Source: Eledone cirrhosa (lineage: Eukaryota). Taken from it: a stretch of 64,000 bases of DNA. The stretch covers positions 28,272,001 to 28,336,000 of the forward strand of contig OZ024743.1 of NCBI GenBank assembly GCA_964016885.1, written 5' to 3'. The position numbers and the translations under genes were made by a program. Under the pieces are notes generated by a model that did not search any database, was not told the origin of the DNA, and worked only from the letters and a program-made list of their open reading frames with translations. Positions 50,264 to 64,000 of the stretch are shown one piece after another (positions within the stretch are counted from its first letter, which is position 1; each line of letters begins with the position of its first letter).

Positions 50264-50644
50264 CAACGGAGGCGGAGAGAGTAATAAATGCTTTAAAGAA
50301 TATATATCTAAAAAACTAGATAGCGTGGATGGTGAAATCGAGAGAAATTAATATTTGCAAAAGCTAAAAGAATCTGCAAGAATTTAATTTCCGTTTGAGA
50401 AATGGTAAAGCAGAATAGAGTGGAAACAATTCCATTTCAAAGAAAGAATTGTGACTGCCAAGCAATTTCAGAGGAAGCAATAGATTTCAAGGTGTTGCAG
50501 TAAACGTCCCAAGAGAAACTAAAGAATAATATGAACATCATGAATCCAATTTACAATTTACCATTTTCAAAGCATGCATTTTATGTTTTTAGGTATGATT
50601 CGTGAAAACAATAACATGAAGATCATTATCAGATGCGGCAGCAA

Positions 50645-50850
50645 AAATAATTGTTTACTATTTTTGGCACAAGGCCAGTAATTATCCCAGTACGTTACTG
50701 GTACTTTATTTTATCGACTCCGCAAAGATGAAAGGCAAATTTAACCTAAGCGGGATTTGAACTCAGAACGCAAAGGGACGTAACTATGCTGTAAAGCATG
50801 GCTTCCGATCCTCTATCGATACTCTCAATTCACCGCAGTAATAATAATGA
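50645..50850 (-). mobile_element. tRNA-derived SINE (older relatives follow to about 51420)
   Basis: Matches the family consensus. Confidence 0.8.
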
Positions 50851-51539
50851 TAACACTATATATTTGTTGTTGTATTTTGTCAGAGTACAGATTACTAATA
50901 TAGGTGCAGAAACCTGAAGTGAAGGATCAGGTAATTATATCAACCACATTATTTAACTGATCCTTATTTTATCCATCCCGGAAGGATGACAGGAAAAACT
51001 GAAATCAGTTGGATTTGATCACAGAATGTAAAGGGCTACGACGAAATATTGGATAATATGGTGTCCTCTAATAACATTACCAATCTATCGTCATATATTT
51101 TAGCTGGACGGTTCATTTTTACTGACACCCCTCTTCAGAAGAATTAGATGTAAAGGTGATCCTAATAGTGCTTGGCTTGAGCTGAGAATGTAACTAAATA
51201 TCACATATCAGTTTGTACGGCGCTCTCTTGATTTTGCTAGAACATCACCCAGAAGATGAAATATTTAAGATAGGAAGTAAGCTACATAATTTGGGGGACG
51301 AGACCAGTCAATTTAATCATGAATGGTAGTTACTTTTTTTGTCTTGTTTTACTGTGGAAGGCTGAAAGGTAAAGTGTACATCAGCAGGTTTGAACTCAGA
51401 AAGAATAGAACAGTTCAAATGAATATAATTTAGTTCAGTGCAGACTTGAGCTTTATAGCTTTACATATAAGAAAAAAAAAAAAAAAAAAAATAGTCCCTT
51501 TTTTATTATAAGAGAAGAACATTGCAATCCAAGAAACAG

Positions 51540-51760
51540 AAATAATTGTTTATACATTTGGCACAAGGCCAGAAATAATGATTTCTAGTATAGGTACAAG
51601 GCCAGTAATTTGGGGCAGTGGAAAGTCGATTAAATCAACCCCAGTACATTACTGGTGCTTTAATTTATCGACCCCGTAAGGATTCAAGGCAAAATTAACA
51701 TCGGCGAGATTTGAACTCTGTAAAGCATGGCGTCCGACCCTCTACCGATACTATAAATCG
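51540..51760 (-). mobile_element. tRNA-derived SINE (longer variant, duplicated 3' end)
   Basis: Consensus plus an extra 'ggggcagtggaaagtcgattaaatcaacccc' segment, as at 59570-59840. Confidence 0.8.
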
Positions 51761-51999
51761 TAATAATAGCCCGACAAATGATAATGGAAGTAATGAATTA
51801 CAAATTAAAAACAATAAAATAAAATTCGTAAGTTCTCTTCCAATCCTCAAATTTTTTTCTCTTTTATATTACGTATAATTTTTTTTTATTATAAAGATAA
51901 TTAAAAAGAAAAAGAAAAAAATAGATTGAGAAGAAAGAATGGAATGTAAAATAAGAAAATATAAAAACGGAAAAGGAAGGGAAAGGGAAAGGCTCTAGA

Positions 52000-52375
52000 G
52001 TCACAGAAGAATGGGGAGGGGAAGGGGGAGTGTGATGTGTTCTTGGCCTAGGGCGCGGTGGTAATGGGGTTGCACGCCGCGGAAAAGACCGCATAAATGT
52101 TCCCGCGGACAATGGTCAGCGACACCCGCTGCAATAGCCACCCTACCCCGCGGAGCTCCTTCCTCAGAGGGGGCTGCTGACGTTCCGATCTTGCAGAGGA
52201 GTTCGGCAGTACGGGGTCCAAGTACGCCTGAGGTTCCGATAGGGACCGATGCAAAGAAGGAACAGCCGGACAATCCCCGGTATTTGTTTATCTTCCTTTC
52301 CTCTGCATAGCGGTTCGCAGTACTAGGGTTTGTGGCCGAAGCAACTAAGTTGGGGGCGGAGAACGTGAACATAGT
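52000..52375 (-). mobile_element. 3' fragment of a CRE-like LINE (restriction-like endonuclease C-terminus)
   Basis: AEERKINKYRGL..F..VPIGTSGVLGP.TAELL.KIG, then LLQRVSLTIVRGN (compare the QRLS.AIQRGN motif); local GC island. Confidence 0.7.
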
Positions 52376-52739
52376 TCTACCCACAAAAATTCTGTCTATA
52401 AAAAAAAAGCCTGAAATGAATTGGTTATAAATGTCAGTGTTCCCCACATTTAGATTTTGGCAACTTTCCTGGTAACATCAATAAGAAGTAGGTATCTCAG
52501 ACATGTCATGATTGAATAGAAAACGATTTTTTAAATTCTTACGAAAGAGTTGATTATAAAAACAAAATATAATTCTGTTAGAAGTGGAATATTCTTAGAC
52601 TATTTCATCTAATCACTCCTTTTCTGCCTCGTAGTAAGACATTTAACTTAACATTCTACTAGATACACCTAAAAATACTATAGGAGGACAGGGCCTCATC
52701 TCTGGAAATTTCTCAAGATTTATATAGCATATAACCAAA

Positions 52740-52899
52740 TAATAATTGTTTCTACATTTGGCACAAGGCCAGCAATTACCCAGTGCATTGCAGGTACTTT
52801 ATTTTATCGACCCCGTAAGGATGAAAGGCAAAGTTAACCTCGACGGGATTTGAAGCCAGACCGTAAAGGGACATAACTATACTGCCAATCCACCGCCCG
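52740..52899 (-). mobile_element. tRNA-derived SINE; possible TSD atata.ccaaataataat
   Basis: Matches the consensus; flanks 'atataaccaaataataat' / 'atatagccaaataataat'. Confidence 0.85.
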
Positions 52900-53171
52900 A
52901 ATATATAGCCAAATAATAATAATACCAAATAACGAATGTTGCTCTAGAAAGATAGTTGTAAGAACACAAAAGATAGATTAATTCAACACGAGAACACAAA
53001 TTGATAAAATAAAAGAACGCTTTTAATATGAAAGAAAATAGAACTAGAACCTTATTACAGTGAAAAGGAGAAGTTTAGATTAGTACGAAATAATGGAACA
53101 TCGAGACAAAAATTATACTGTCAAAATAGTATTTTAAAAGATTACTGAAGATAAATGTAGGATAAATAATT

Positions 53172-53366
53172 CAGACCTGCCAACCTCTGAAAGCCCAAAA
53201 GGGGAGTACAAAACAAAAAGTGCCCCAAAACGGGGAGAAATGAGGCAAAAATGGGGAGATTTTACATAATGACAGCTATATCCATTTTCACAACAGAGGA
53301 TATCTCTCACACACCCCAAAGTAGGTGGGAGATCTCCCCGTTGGACAGGGAGAGTTGACAGCTCTG
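53172..53366. mobile_element. MITE-like non-autonomous DNA transposon (hAT-like termini)
   Basis: Imperfect TIRs cagacctgccaac / gttgacagctctg; internal 'ggggaga' repeats; no clear TSD. Confidence 0.55.
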
Positions 53367-53832
53367 AATGATAGCTCAACGAATTCGCCACTTAGAAACA
53401 TTCGACTCATAGCAAAATAAATTATTACAGTTTGTGAACTTTTTTTTATCTAATATAAGTCAAAGCAGATCATCCCTATTCTCCCCGGAATTTGTTTAAA
53501 TCTATGAAGTTCTAAGTAAAGCAATACGGGGACAAGTGGAGAGGCACTGTCTTTAGAAATCAATCTGTTGGTGGCCATAAAAATATGCCAGTACGAAAAA
53601 AGTTGGAATAATTGAATACTTTGAAATATAATAATATTTTAAACAATGTGTTGATTTCAAGGTTTTGCAAAATATGGAGTATGCTTTTGAGAGTAGCCAC
53701 ATGTCTAGGAATAATTGTTTGTTTCTTGTAGATTATCATAAAGTTAACTATGAAGATTATGTATTCACCTATAAATATAACAATAAACGTGTTTTTTTTT
53801 AAACTGACTTCTAGTAAATCCATAACCTATCT

Positions 53833-54002
53833 AATAATTGTTTCTACTTTTGGCACAAGGCCAGCAAATACCCAGTGCATTACTGGTACTTTATTTTATC
53901 GACCCAGTAAGGATGAAAGGCAAAGTTAACCTCGGCGGGATTTGAACTCAGAATGGCAAGGGCCGTAACTCTATACGTCAAAGCATGGCGTCCGACTCTC
54001 TA
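53833..54002 (-). mobile_element. tRNA-derived SINE
   Basis: Matches the family consensus. Confidence 0.85.
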
Positions 54003-55133
54003 TGGAGATATTTTTCTAATAATTTAGCCATGCATCGTAACATCCCTAGAAATGTGGCCTTCTTATCCCATTTAGTGATTATATAATTTAGCCTGTTTCT
54101 AGAAATATACTGTTAATTTTAACGCACAATGTCTGTCATTAAATGGAAATATTCGGATGGATAAAGTTGTTAGGTTAGTGGGGTCCCAGAAAGAATCTTG
54201 TTCAACCAGAGAACAGTGTCCACCAGTCATCTAGGTTTGTGTTCCATTATATCAAGGCTCTGGTTTGATTATAGGTTACAAATAAAACCTGGTGTGTGCA
54301 ACAGACTGTTCCATGCTGAAGTCTTTATGTATAGAAGACATCTATTTACATGCTTATTACCTAGTTCTTAAATTATATTTTCATATATCCCCAATCATGG
54401 CAATTTAACTGTGCTTATTACAATGTAGTTAATAATCTAGCAATGCACTGTTATAATAATGTGTCTAGCTATCTATTTGGTACTCGAGCAATCTATTAAG
54501 TTTAGCAACTTAATTGCTATTCATTCGTTCAAATGAGAACATCTATAGATTTACTGATGAAAGCATAAGCTTCACAATATCTATATATTTCTTCTATAAC
54601 TCTACAGTAGCTGACTCTAATCGTTGTGCTATTCACTTTAGCTTTTAGTGTAATTAATATATAATAACCAACCGTTTGTTTAAGAAATGTTTATGATTGC
54701 TAATGTTTTCAGAAGGATAGATATGTATGGTGCCTCTTCAATATATAATCGATCATTAAGCTGTTGGTTTTTATCTTGTTTTTTACTGTGGTCCTGCCAA
54801 GGTTCAAACTAAATTTATTCTGTCCTTCTCGCCTCTGTTGCATACAATCAATCAATGCAAGGCTTAGTAATTTATCTTAGGATTAGTAATTTATCTTTCG
54901 TTTATTCACTTAAATCAATGATGACATCTATATTCTCCGCCATTACTTTAATTCATTCTTTCTTCTATTGCGTCCTTTCGCAATTTCATTCTTCATATTC
55001 CCTAAAATTCTACCTCTCTGTTTCTTTTAATTGTTTTTCTTTTGGTTTAATTAATTTAATTATCTTAATTTATTCATTTAATATTTATTATATTTTCTCT
55101 CTTTAAGCCCGCATGCGCATATACATACGCATG

Positions 55134-55226
<93 letters not shown>

Positions 55227-55282
55227 AATACACTCATATATTCATATACATACATACTGCATACATACATACATACATACAT

Positions 55283-55810
55283 GAAGGCTGCAAACTCTGT
55301 TAAGTGTATTGCAATCGCTTGTTTTTAATTACAGAGGTCGGTGCACTTTTATACTACAGCCAGCCACATGAGCCTGTAACAGATTCTAAACAAGCAATGC
55401 CTGTGCTATGAAGGTTTGAAAAGTGAGAAAAGGCTTTGCACTCGACCAATCCCTCCATCTCAGCATCGAAAACACTACCCGAAAAGGAGAACTAGTCAAC
55501 ATCATTGGATGCTTCCGAAGGCTCAGGTTTTTTTGTCCAGAGGTTCCCTCTCTTAGAAAGGTGTTGTGCAACAACTGGGGGCCTTTCACTCCCAGGTGAC
55601 AAAAAAAAGTACTATTTGGATGGCCGTTAACTCGGCTGAGTTCCTCTGCCCTTTGTCGGGTCTTGTATTTCATCCCACAGGGTGTCCAAATATCACCCTC
55701 ATTATCAAGCAAGCTTGGTGGAGTTGTCGGTTTAGTCACCGACAACCCGACAATCAGACAGGTTGTACTTGGTTACATGTCCCCAGTAGCACTTGAGACG
55801 ACCTGAAATA
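55283..55810 (-). mobile_element. Non-coding element sharing its 5' end with the RTE at 56390-58960; (CATA)n-flanked
   Basis: 55680-55806 aligns with 58827-58955. Confidence 0.55.
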
Positions 55811-55914
55811 CATACATGATGGCTGCCTCGTTTTTGAGTATGGCCATTGCATGATATATCATTATTAGTAATTATCAATTAATGCTATCGTGCAACTACA
55901 TACATACATACATA

Positions 55915-56361
55915 GAACTGATGAGAAATCTGCAGATACTCCACCCTGATTATACCTTCAGATTTATGCCTGCGACTATTGGGGCAAGGGATATGTTAGT
56001 AACTGCCTCAATACAAATCTTGAGAAGCTAGGCTTCATGGGAACAGAAAGAACACAACTAGTTAGGAAATTACAAGTACAATCCATTAATGGAACAGTAA
56101 AAATATGTAAAACATTCCAAAAAATTGTGCATCTAATAACTGCATATACACATGTACAGATACTAAGCATATACACATGCACACATACAACTGAAAACAT
56201 CCACATCCACACATACAATAACATCCATATTTACACATGCATGCAGACATGCATATATATCTACCTAGTTGATATTGTGTAAATCCCAATGAGAGAGTCT
56301 TGTGTCTATTGGCAAACATTTGTGAAATTATAAAACCAGAAGAACATAAATACATACATAC
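55915..56361 (+). mobile_element. R4/Dong-like LINE 3' end, (CATA)n on both sides
   Basis: ELMRNLQILHPDYTFRFMPATIGARGYVSNCLNTNLEKLG..LQVQSINGTVKICKTFQK. Confidence 0.75.
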
Positions 56362-56389
56362 TTTTAAGTTAAGGCCTCCTTCGGTCAAG

Positions 56390-58960
56390 GCTGAACATGT
56401 GTAGTATCCTGTTGTCAGCTCAGCTGGAGCAGCATCTCCGGTAGCTAAACAGACCTTTACATGAGTGACAGTCTCTGTCACATTGAACATATCTGTACAT
56501 GGTCTCTGGTCTGTTGGATTTATTGCACACCTTTCACCCCCCCCCCTCCCGGGCTCTCCCGTCCGCTGCTACAGTCATCAAATTCTCCTCCATTGATTTG
56601 AAGTTTTGATTCAGGGTGTTTCCCCATCTTGGCCGGTCACCTGTGAGGCCCTCCCAGGATTCTGGGTTGATCGCAATGGCCTTCATATCTCTCTTCACAA
56701 TGTCCTTGTATCGCAGCCTAGGTCGATCGGTGGCTGTCTTTCCAGAGCCCAGTTCCCCATATAAGATGTATTTTGGAATGCGGCCATCATTCATGGGGTA
56801 TCCTAGTCAACGTAGTATGTGCTGCCTCAGCAGGGTAAACATGCTGGGAAGGCCAGCACGTATAAGGATCTCAGCGTTGGGCACTCTGTCCTGCCAGGAT
56901 ATATCCAGGATACGGCGCGGGCTTCTCAGGTGGAAGGTGTTGACTCGCATCTCCTCTCTAGCTGATGAGGACCATGCATCACTGCCAGAAAGCAGTGTGC
57001 CGATGACACAGGCATTGTACACAGCCATCTTGGTCTTTACCACCAGCTTAGGGTTTGTCCACACTCGGGTTGTGAGGTGAGCAAATGTTGTGGCTGTCTT
57101 CTCAACCCGCCTGTCTTTGATGGTACACCGCTGCAACTGTACTGTCCCCTTCATGTTGGTGTGGAATGATTCGACCATGCTCTGCAGTCCCGTTGGGCAG
57201 CAAATCTCGACGCGGCCGTCTCTACAAACCAGGCCAAATGCCTTTATGAGGTCGATAAAAGCAACATACAGGGGCACGTTCTGTTACCTGCATTTCTCCT
57301 GGAAGTGATGGATGGAGAAGACCATGTCTACTGCCTACTGTTGATCACTTGGCTCGGAAGTCGCAATGTGATTCCGGGTACACATGCTCTTCCAGCTTCT
57401 GTAGCGGATCAAGATGAACCGTGCGAATACCTTGCCGACGACACTGAGAAGGGAGATGCCCCTGTAGTTGTCGGCAGTCGCTTCTTTCGCCTTTGTTCTT
57501 GTAGAGGGTGATAATCTTATCGTCCCTCATGTCCTGTGGCACAGCACCTTGTCAGCACTGGCAGAGGACCCTATGCAGTGACTGCAGTAGGATAGTCTTG
57601 CATTGCTTGATCAGGTCTGGAGGAACCCCATCGTCACCTGGGACCTTACCTAAGGCCAAGCTGTTAATGACCTTGTTGAGTTCTTCCAAAGCCGCTCAGC
57701 ATCAAGCTCTTTCATGACAGGGAGGCACACACTAGCATCGAGAGCCATGTGGGACACGGTGTTCTGTCTGGAGAAGAGGTAAGAGTAGTGATTCACTCAT
57801 CTCTCTATCTGCTGGCCCCTGTCAGTGATTGCCTACCCAGTTTGTATTTCAGGGGAGTTGTCTTGCTATGGATCGGTCCCAGTTCCTTCTTGACGCCATC
57901 ATACATGCATCGTACGTGTAGTCTTTTTCCTTCAGTGTACCCGAGCCAGCCAGTCGCGTTTCCTGAAGGGTGGCAAGGTCCACGTTCAGTCGCTTCAGCT
58001 CGGTGTTAATCACAGCTGTTTTCTGCAGTCACTGATATTCAGTATGATGTTGGAAAGGCCTGTCATCATCCTCTGGACACTCAAAGTTCCCAGTTTTAGA
58101 GCTGTCGCTTGGTTGTTTTACTTGGTGCAAAGGTTGCAGTCTTCTGTTCGGATGAATCCTAATCCTTATTTACCCAATGAGGAAAGCAGACTGTGACAGG
58201 ACAGCACCTTACTGGCTGGGGGCTACCCAGCTTAAGGCGGGTGACAACTGTCCAGTGAGACCTGAAAATCTCTCCCACCATCGGGTGCATACCCTGGCCC
58301 CTTGCTTTTACGCCAAATGATTGAAGTTTTATTACCGGTGACTGCTACTCCCTGTGTTGTGTCCACGCTGTAGGCGAAGCTGGAGTGTTCTCCCCGAGTG
58401 TATAGTACAGGTTGTGTTGAGTGATGTATAGAATGAAGTGGCTGGATACAAGCCTGGGTGATGTGATTTGTTTGAAGGATAGGATGTTGCCCATGCAATA
58501 TGCCCCCTCCCCACAACGCTGCTGGATCCAAAGAAGCAGCGAGGCTGCTACAGTTTGGCAGGAGCTGCCAAAACGAAGTTGTAATCAATGACGAATTGCC
58601 TTATGGGCTCCGGACTTTTCCGCATGGTTTACTTCAGAAGTCTTCTCATGATTGGATATCACCGCAAGGCAGCGGAGGTTTAAATTCAGAGTGTTCTTTC
58701 TCTTAGATGGACTACCTGCCAAGGCTAACAACCTCCACCTGGCCCAATGTGGCAGGATTGCATGATAGACAGTAGCAGGACAACATGCCAATAGATGACC
58801 GTTGACAGGTTTTTTTTCGCACTACGGGATGTCCAATAATCACCCTCCTCACCAAGCAAGCCTGGTGGGGGTTTCCGGTTTAGTCGCCGACGATCCGACC
58901 ATGGTACAGGTTGTACTGGGTTACATGTTACCAGTAGCACTCAGGAGTGACCTGACACAA
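56390..58960 (-). mobile_element. Internally deleted, decayed RTE/BovB-like LINE including its 5' UTR
   Basis: PQDMRDDKIITLYKNKGERSDC, LYVAFIDL.KAF, TKMAVYNACV, RIPKYILYGEL, RPRLRYKD. Confidence 0.85.
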
Positions 58961-59569
58961 ATACATACATACATTAATTGATATACCCATATAGATAAGT
59001 ACTTATAGACATGATCGTTATCCGTATGCCATCTAACATCAACAATTTAAAATGATGGCTGACACAACAGCTGCAGATTCTGCAACATTGACTGTTCAAA
59101 ACATATCTACTATTTCCAGGATAGCTCTAATTGCATTATATATTTATATTTTTATTTATTTCATTTATTCATTTATCTATTTTTGGTTAACACATATAAT
59201 TCTATATGATGAAATTATAGTATATTTACATTTCCATAATTTACATACTGTCCAGATATGATAGAGTCGGCTACAAATTCATGCTTGGTAAATGGAGAGC
59301 GAATAACCTGCCCTTATTAAAAACTAACTAAAAATGTTCCATAATATTAATGAGTTATTCCTTATCAGAACAACGGCTTATCATAGGATATGTCGAGTAT
59401 AAGTCGGCCTAATGAGTCCACCTACAGTATTATTACCTACATCTGAATTTGTCTGCTACACACATTCTTTTAAACCTAATAATAAACAGATAATCGAACT
59501 TGTGATAGACATTTGGCTAACGTACGGCACTTTTATAGACCTCTATATTCTTTTTAGACACAAGCTATG

Positions 59570-59840
59570 ATGGTTTCTACTTTTGGGACAAGGCTATCAC
59601 AAGTTCGATTATGTATTGGATCATCTCGACTAGAAATAATGGTTTCTTATATAGGCACAAGACCATCAATTTTTGGGGGAGGGGAAAGTCGATTAAATCG
59701 ACCCCTGTGCGTGACTGGTACTTTATTTTATCGACCGTGTAAGGATGAAAAGCAAAGTTAACATTGGCAGGATTTGAACTCAGATCATAAAGGGCCATAT
59801 CTCTATGCTGCAAAGCATGGCGTCCGACCCTCTACCGATC
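59570..59840 (-). mobile_element. tRNA-derived SINE (longer variant)
   Basis: Matches the family consensus. Confidence 0.8.
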
Positions 59841-60626
59841 TCGATTAGAAATACTGACAAAAGCGTCCTTATATCACATCCTACCGCCATAACATTGAAA
59901 CTTCACATTCATATATTTTTGTCCTGGATACACTGGACTTGAACAACAAACGAGAAGCTAGAATGCCTTTTTTCATAGGTCTGCTCGATTAGGACTGAAC
60001 TGGAGCTAAACAATATGTTTCGCCAATGACTGTATGTCTTTACAGTCCAAGGTAAAAGAAAAAGGCCTATAGTATTTGCTGATTTTCTTACACACAAAAC
60101 TGAATCGTGGACAATCATGCTTTGTAATTATGTGCAACGCTACACATTCGTTGACACACGGAAGTTAATTATATTTGATACACATATGAGATCTTACAGT
60201 TTTAGAGAATGGTTAATGAGCAGAATGACTACAATGTAAATCGCTAAGTGGATTAACACCACAGCAGCTGCCAGTTTATATATTATCAACATTGCTTAAA
60301 TATATCCATTGTCAAGAGATTTAACTTTCAACATTATACATAGCTTGACTAGGTTACTACAAGAAATAAAGACACGCTATAATGTGTGACAGCTCTGTCA
60401 ATTTGGAACATTATTCCATAGCTGCTGTGAGGTACCACTCGTCTTTATAAAACTCAGTTGAAAGTAAGGTAATTAGTAATATATTCAGGGAATCATTTAA
60501 ATATCTCTTTGTAATAAAAGTCTTAAAACTAATTATGTGTACTTATTTATGATCACATACACATCCGCGTATCAATCTATGTATGCTAATACACACACAC
60601 ACAAATACACACACACACACACACAG

Positions 60627-61009
60627 AAATTTATAAATTTAAGAATTTATAAATTTCCGGTTGGTTGGTAGGTTCCATAACCGGACGGTTGTTCATATAT
60701 TGCCTCTCCTTTGTTCTGTCCTACGCCATCTTGTTTTTGTGTGTGGCAACACACACAAAAACAAGATGGCGTAGGACAGAACAAAGGAGAGGCACAAAAA
60801 CAAAGAAAAGAATCCCCAGTCACTGAAGAGGTCACAGAATGTGTGACGAAAGAACTTTGACAATATATGAACAACCGTCCGGTTATGGAACCTACCAACC
60901 AACCGGAAATTTATAAATTCTTAAATTTATAAATTTAATTTATAATAAATTGGAGTGAAAGCAACTGGTGCGTGTGTTTCTTATTGGCAACATGACCCTC
61001 CCAAAGCAT

Positions 61010-61013
<4 letters not shown>
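60627..61013 (+). mobile_element. 3' UTR-only copy of the 34824-35792 Penelope-like element with 5' fold-back, between (CA)n and (TA)n
   Basis: 60750-61013 matches 35545-35792; 60627-60745 are inverted pieces of it. Confidence 0.85.
60819..60861 (+). ncRNA. Hammerhead-like motif (second copy)
   Basis: guca-CUGAAGA-g-gucaca-gaaug-ugugac-GAAAG-aa-CUU-ugac. Confidence 0.65.
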
Positions 61014-61055
<42 letters not shown>

Positions 61056-61755
61056 TCGTAGAGAAAATATTTATTATATGAACAGATTAAAGTTTAAGCA
61101 AAGAATCGCTGCTTTCACCCTTAACAGGATATTTTGAAAAACAACCTCGTTCTATGGACTGAGTGCTGTTGTTTTCTTCTCTAAAGAATTGTTGCACTAC
61201 TGTGCATCTCTGTTAGTTGTTCTGTCTTTATAAGTATTTTCTTTGAGGTTATTTCCACTTGGTAGTGTTTTTATATGCTTGAATGATGAGAGTTGACAAG
61301 GGTATTCTCTGATTCGTCTTTTGTCAAAGATTTGTCTGTGTTTAGTCTAATTTGGTGTTTGATTTGGTGCGTTGAGTGTTGGGGATTGTTTTGTGTGTTT
61401 GGTATCAGCGTATTTTTTTTCCTGTTCTTAATTTCTATTTTATTCAAACCTGCTTTTCTGAGCCTTTTTTGTAGACTTCACAATCACTTATCATTAATGA
61501 ATTTCTCACAAGATTGAAAGCTCATGAAAGACTCATATTAGAGAACTGATTATATATCAGGGAAGGAGATGCTGCTACAAACAGACTTGAAAATAGTAGA
61601 CTACATTCAAAGAGCCATTTGGTTGCTTGCCAAAATCTGATTCACCATAGCGGACAAGATTTCGTATTTTCTATAAAACTAAGACGGTGATTCTATGAAT
61701 ATTGTATGTAATATGTATTTATGCATTCATACACACATTACACAAATACGTATGC

Positions 61756-61819
<64 letters not shown>

Positions 61820-61859
61820 ATGTGTGTGTGTGTGTGTGTGTGTGTATAGATAGATACAA

Positions 61860-61942
<83 letters not shown>

Positions 61943-64000
61943 CATTAAAACAACAGAAGGTAGGACAAGAAAATTTACTTTAGAATTTTACTTCCGCGAA
62001 AGCACTATACATATTTCGATGGCCCAGCTCTATCATCCGATTATGATACAAGAGTAGGCGATTTAATCCACTGTTATTTGGAGAATTATGTAACAGGATT
62101 ACATTAGAATATTTCTACACTACATAGACCTCATCATTACAAAAACTACTTCATCTGTAGCTTAGAAAATAAATGTGGCATACTATATTAAATTCAAACT
62201 TTGTGGCTTAATATAAATAGGTAAAACTAACCATAGATCGGACGATCATACTCTGGAGCATTCATTGAACGTCAGAAGCATTAAAACCAGACACTAAGAA
62301 CTGTAATACCTCTCTCATATCTGCATCTCAATGTCTTTCTGGTTAGACAGATCTCAGTTTCTGTACCACTGATCTCAATTTCTGTACCACTCATCACACA
62401 TCTGATCTCAGCTTCTGTACCACTGATTCCAACCATCATACGTCTCTCATATCTGCATCTCAATGTCTTTGTGGTTACACAATATGCCATCATTTTACAC
62501 AGCTTTCCAGTTTGGCATGAGTAACTTCTCGAAATGTCAATTTTTCTTTCTTCAATTTTCCTCACTGCATAGTTACCTTTACTTTGGGCTCCTGTTCATT
62601 GAAGTTGTCGTTTTTATTTTGTTTTGTTTTGTTTTTCCAAGATTTTGCTCGTGTCTTAACTCGGATATTCGGATATAGTTGAAGACACTTGCTTAAGGTG
62701 TCATGAGTGGGATTGAATCTGTAATCATATAGATTCGAAGTGAATTTCTTAAACCATGACATACAGAAATCATTAAACCTATTTGTCTATTTATATTCCT
62801 ATCAATCTAGCTATCCTTCCCCCTCTTCTTCTATTTATATATGTAGCTTACCAGATGGATGGATAATTATATGTTGGACAGATTGATGGATAGATTATCT
62901 TAATGTTATTTTGCACATCACGTGTACATTGTAATTATCTGAGCACGAAATATTCACGCTAATCTGATCACTGCACACCTCCATCAAATTGATCATTCTA
63001 AACTTAGAATATATTTTATATTTTTTGCCTGGAGGACAAGAATTGGATCGATTTGAAAGACACGACGTCATTTAATCTGCGCATAAAATCTTTTAATTCT
63101 TTAAGAATGGATCAATTTATGTCACCGATTACATGATATCTATCCAGTAGGGATTTTAGTGTATGTGTAGGCGGGTAATTATTTTTCTAAGGATAACTAT
63201 CATGTACATTTCAGGGAAGTGAACGTTGAAGTTACATAGATGTAGAGACGGGCATGTGACATGATTTCAAAAATATACCGGACATTAGTGAACTTAGAAA
63301 ACTACTTTAATCTGTTATAATTCACTCACGCATACGATAATTTACACGAATACACCAATCTTAGTACTTGACAGGCACTTCACTTTATCGACCCCGGAAG
63401 AATGAAACTCACAGTTAAGCTTCTTAATATTTGAACTTAGAAAGAAAATAACAGTAAATACTGAAGCCATTTTATCTGACACTTTAACGACACTGCCAAT
63501 ATCGACATATAGTCGAAGGGATTAATCACTTATTTCCGGCTACATGTTGAGAAACATCTTGTAATACATGTTGAGCAACCAATTCAAACGATCACATTTC
63601 CAGTGATCGCTCTCTCTCTCTTTTTTCTAAGCACAAGACCCTGTTAATTATAATCTTTAACATGCAACAAATTACGTCTAGTATTTGTTTGGTATACGTT
63701 GGGTTATGAAGATTATATGGTGTTAGAAGCCATTTGGTTAAAATTATTTGACCAAAAACTATATAGTAACGATAGTCATTTGCTTGAACTAAATTCAAGA
63801 CCCGTAAACATGTCATATTATATTTGAACTTGACAAAAAGATGCACGTATTTGATTAACATCGATGGAAATCGATGTGTTTATATTTAAAGCAAAATATT
63901 TACTACGGTTATAAAAGTTGATCTGAGGTAAAAACCACGTTAGTGCGAACAAGTGGTTAGTCATGGGAAAACCAAAGCATAATGATCACATAAATATTGA

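Noticed and set aside
61056-61520. Possible further Penelope-like coding fragment on the minus strand after (TA)n
   Set aside because: Too decayed to identify a diagnostic motif by eye

Overview
A 64-kb, AT-rich, repeat-saturated eukaryotic window with no recognisable host protein-coding gene. The SINE family, LINE spectrum and very long (TA)n/(CA)n/(GA)n tracts suggest a cephalopod (octopus-like) genome; this is inference. It holds a near full-length decayed Tx1/L1-type LINE (435-6277, -) and a near-intact RTE LINE with one premature stop and a PHD-like finger inside the RT region (26636-30848, +). It also has CR1/L2-like, RTE/BovB, R4/Dong and CRE-type fragments, more than 12 copies of a tRNA-derived SINE, and a recent tandem duplication (about 20960-25573 / 25700-33975). 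The main unexplained signal is a set of short, mostly non-coding cassettes sitting between (TA)n tracts. At least eight sequence-unrelated families carry a minimal type-I hammerhead ribozyme read directly from the sequence, usually with a palindromic stem III. At least two and probably three families use the compensatory U3-A8 core. Many cassettes are fold-back structures, one family centred on the ribozyme's stem II. One cassette is attached to a Penelope-like GIY-YIG endonuclease remnant. Different cassettes occupy the same (TA)n site in the two duplicate copies. This points to a (TA)n-associated, hammerhead-bearing Penelope-like / non-autonomous retroelement system. Most small ORFs in the track are microsatellite artefacts.
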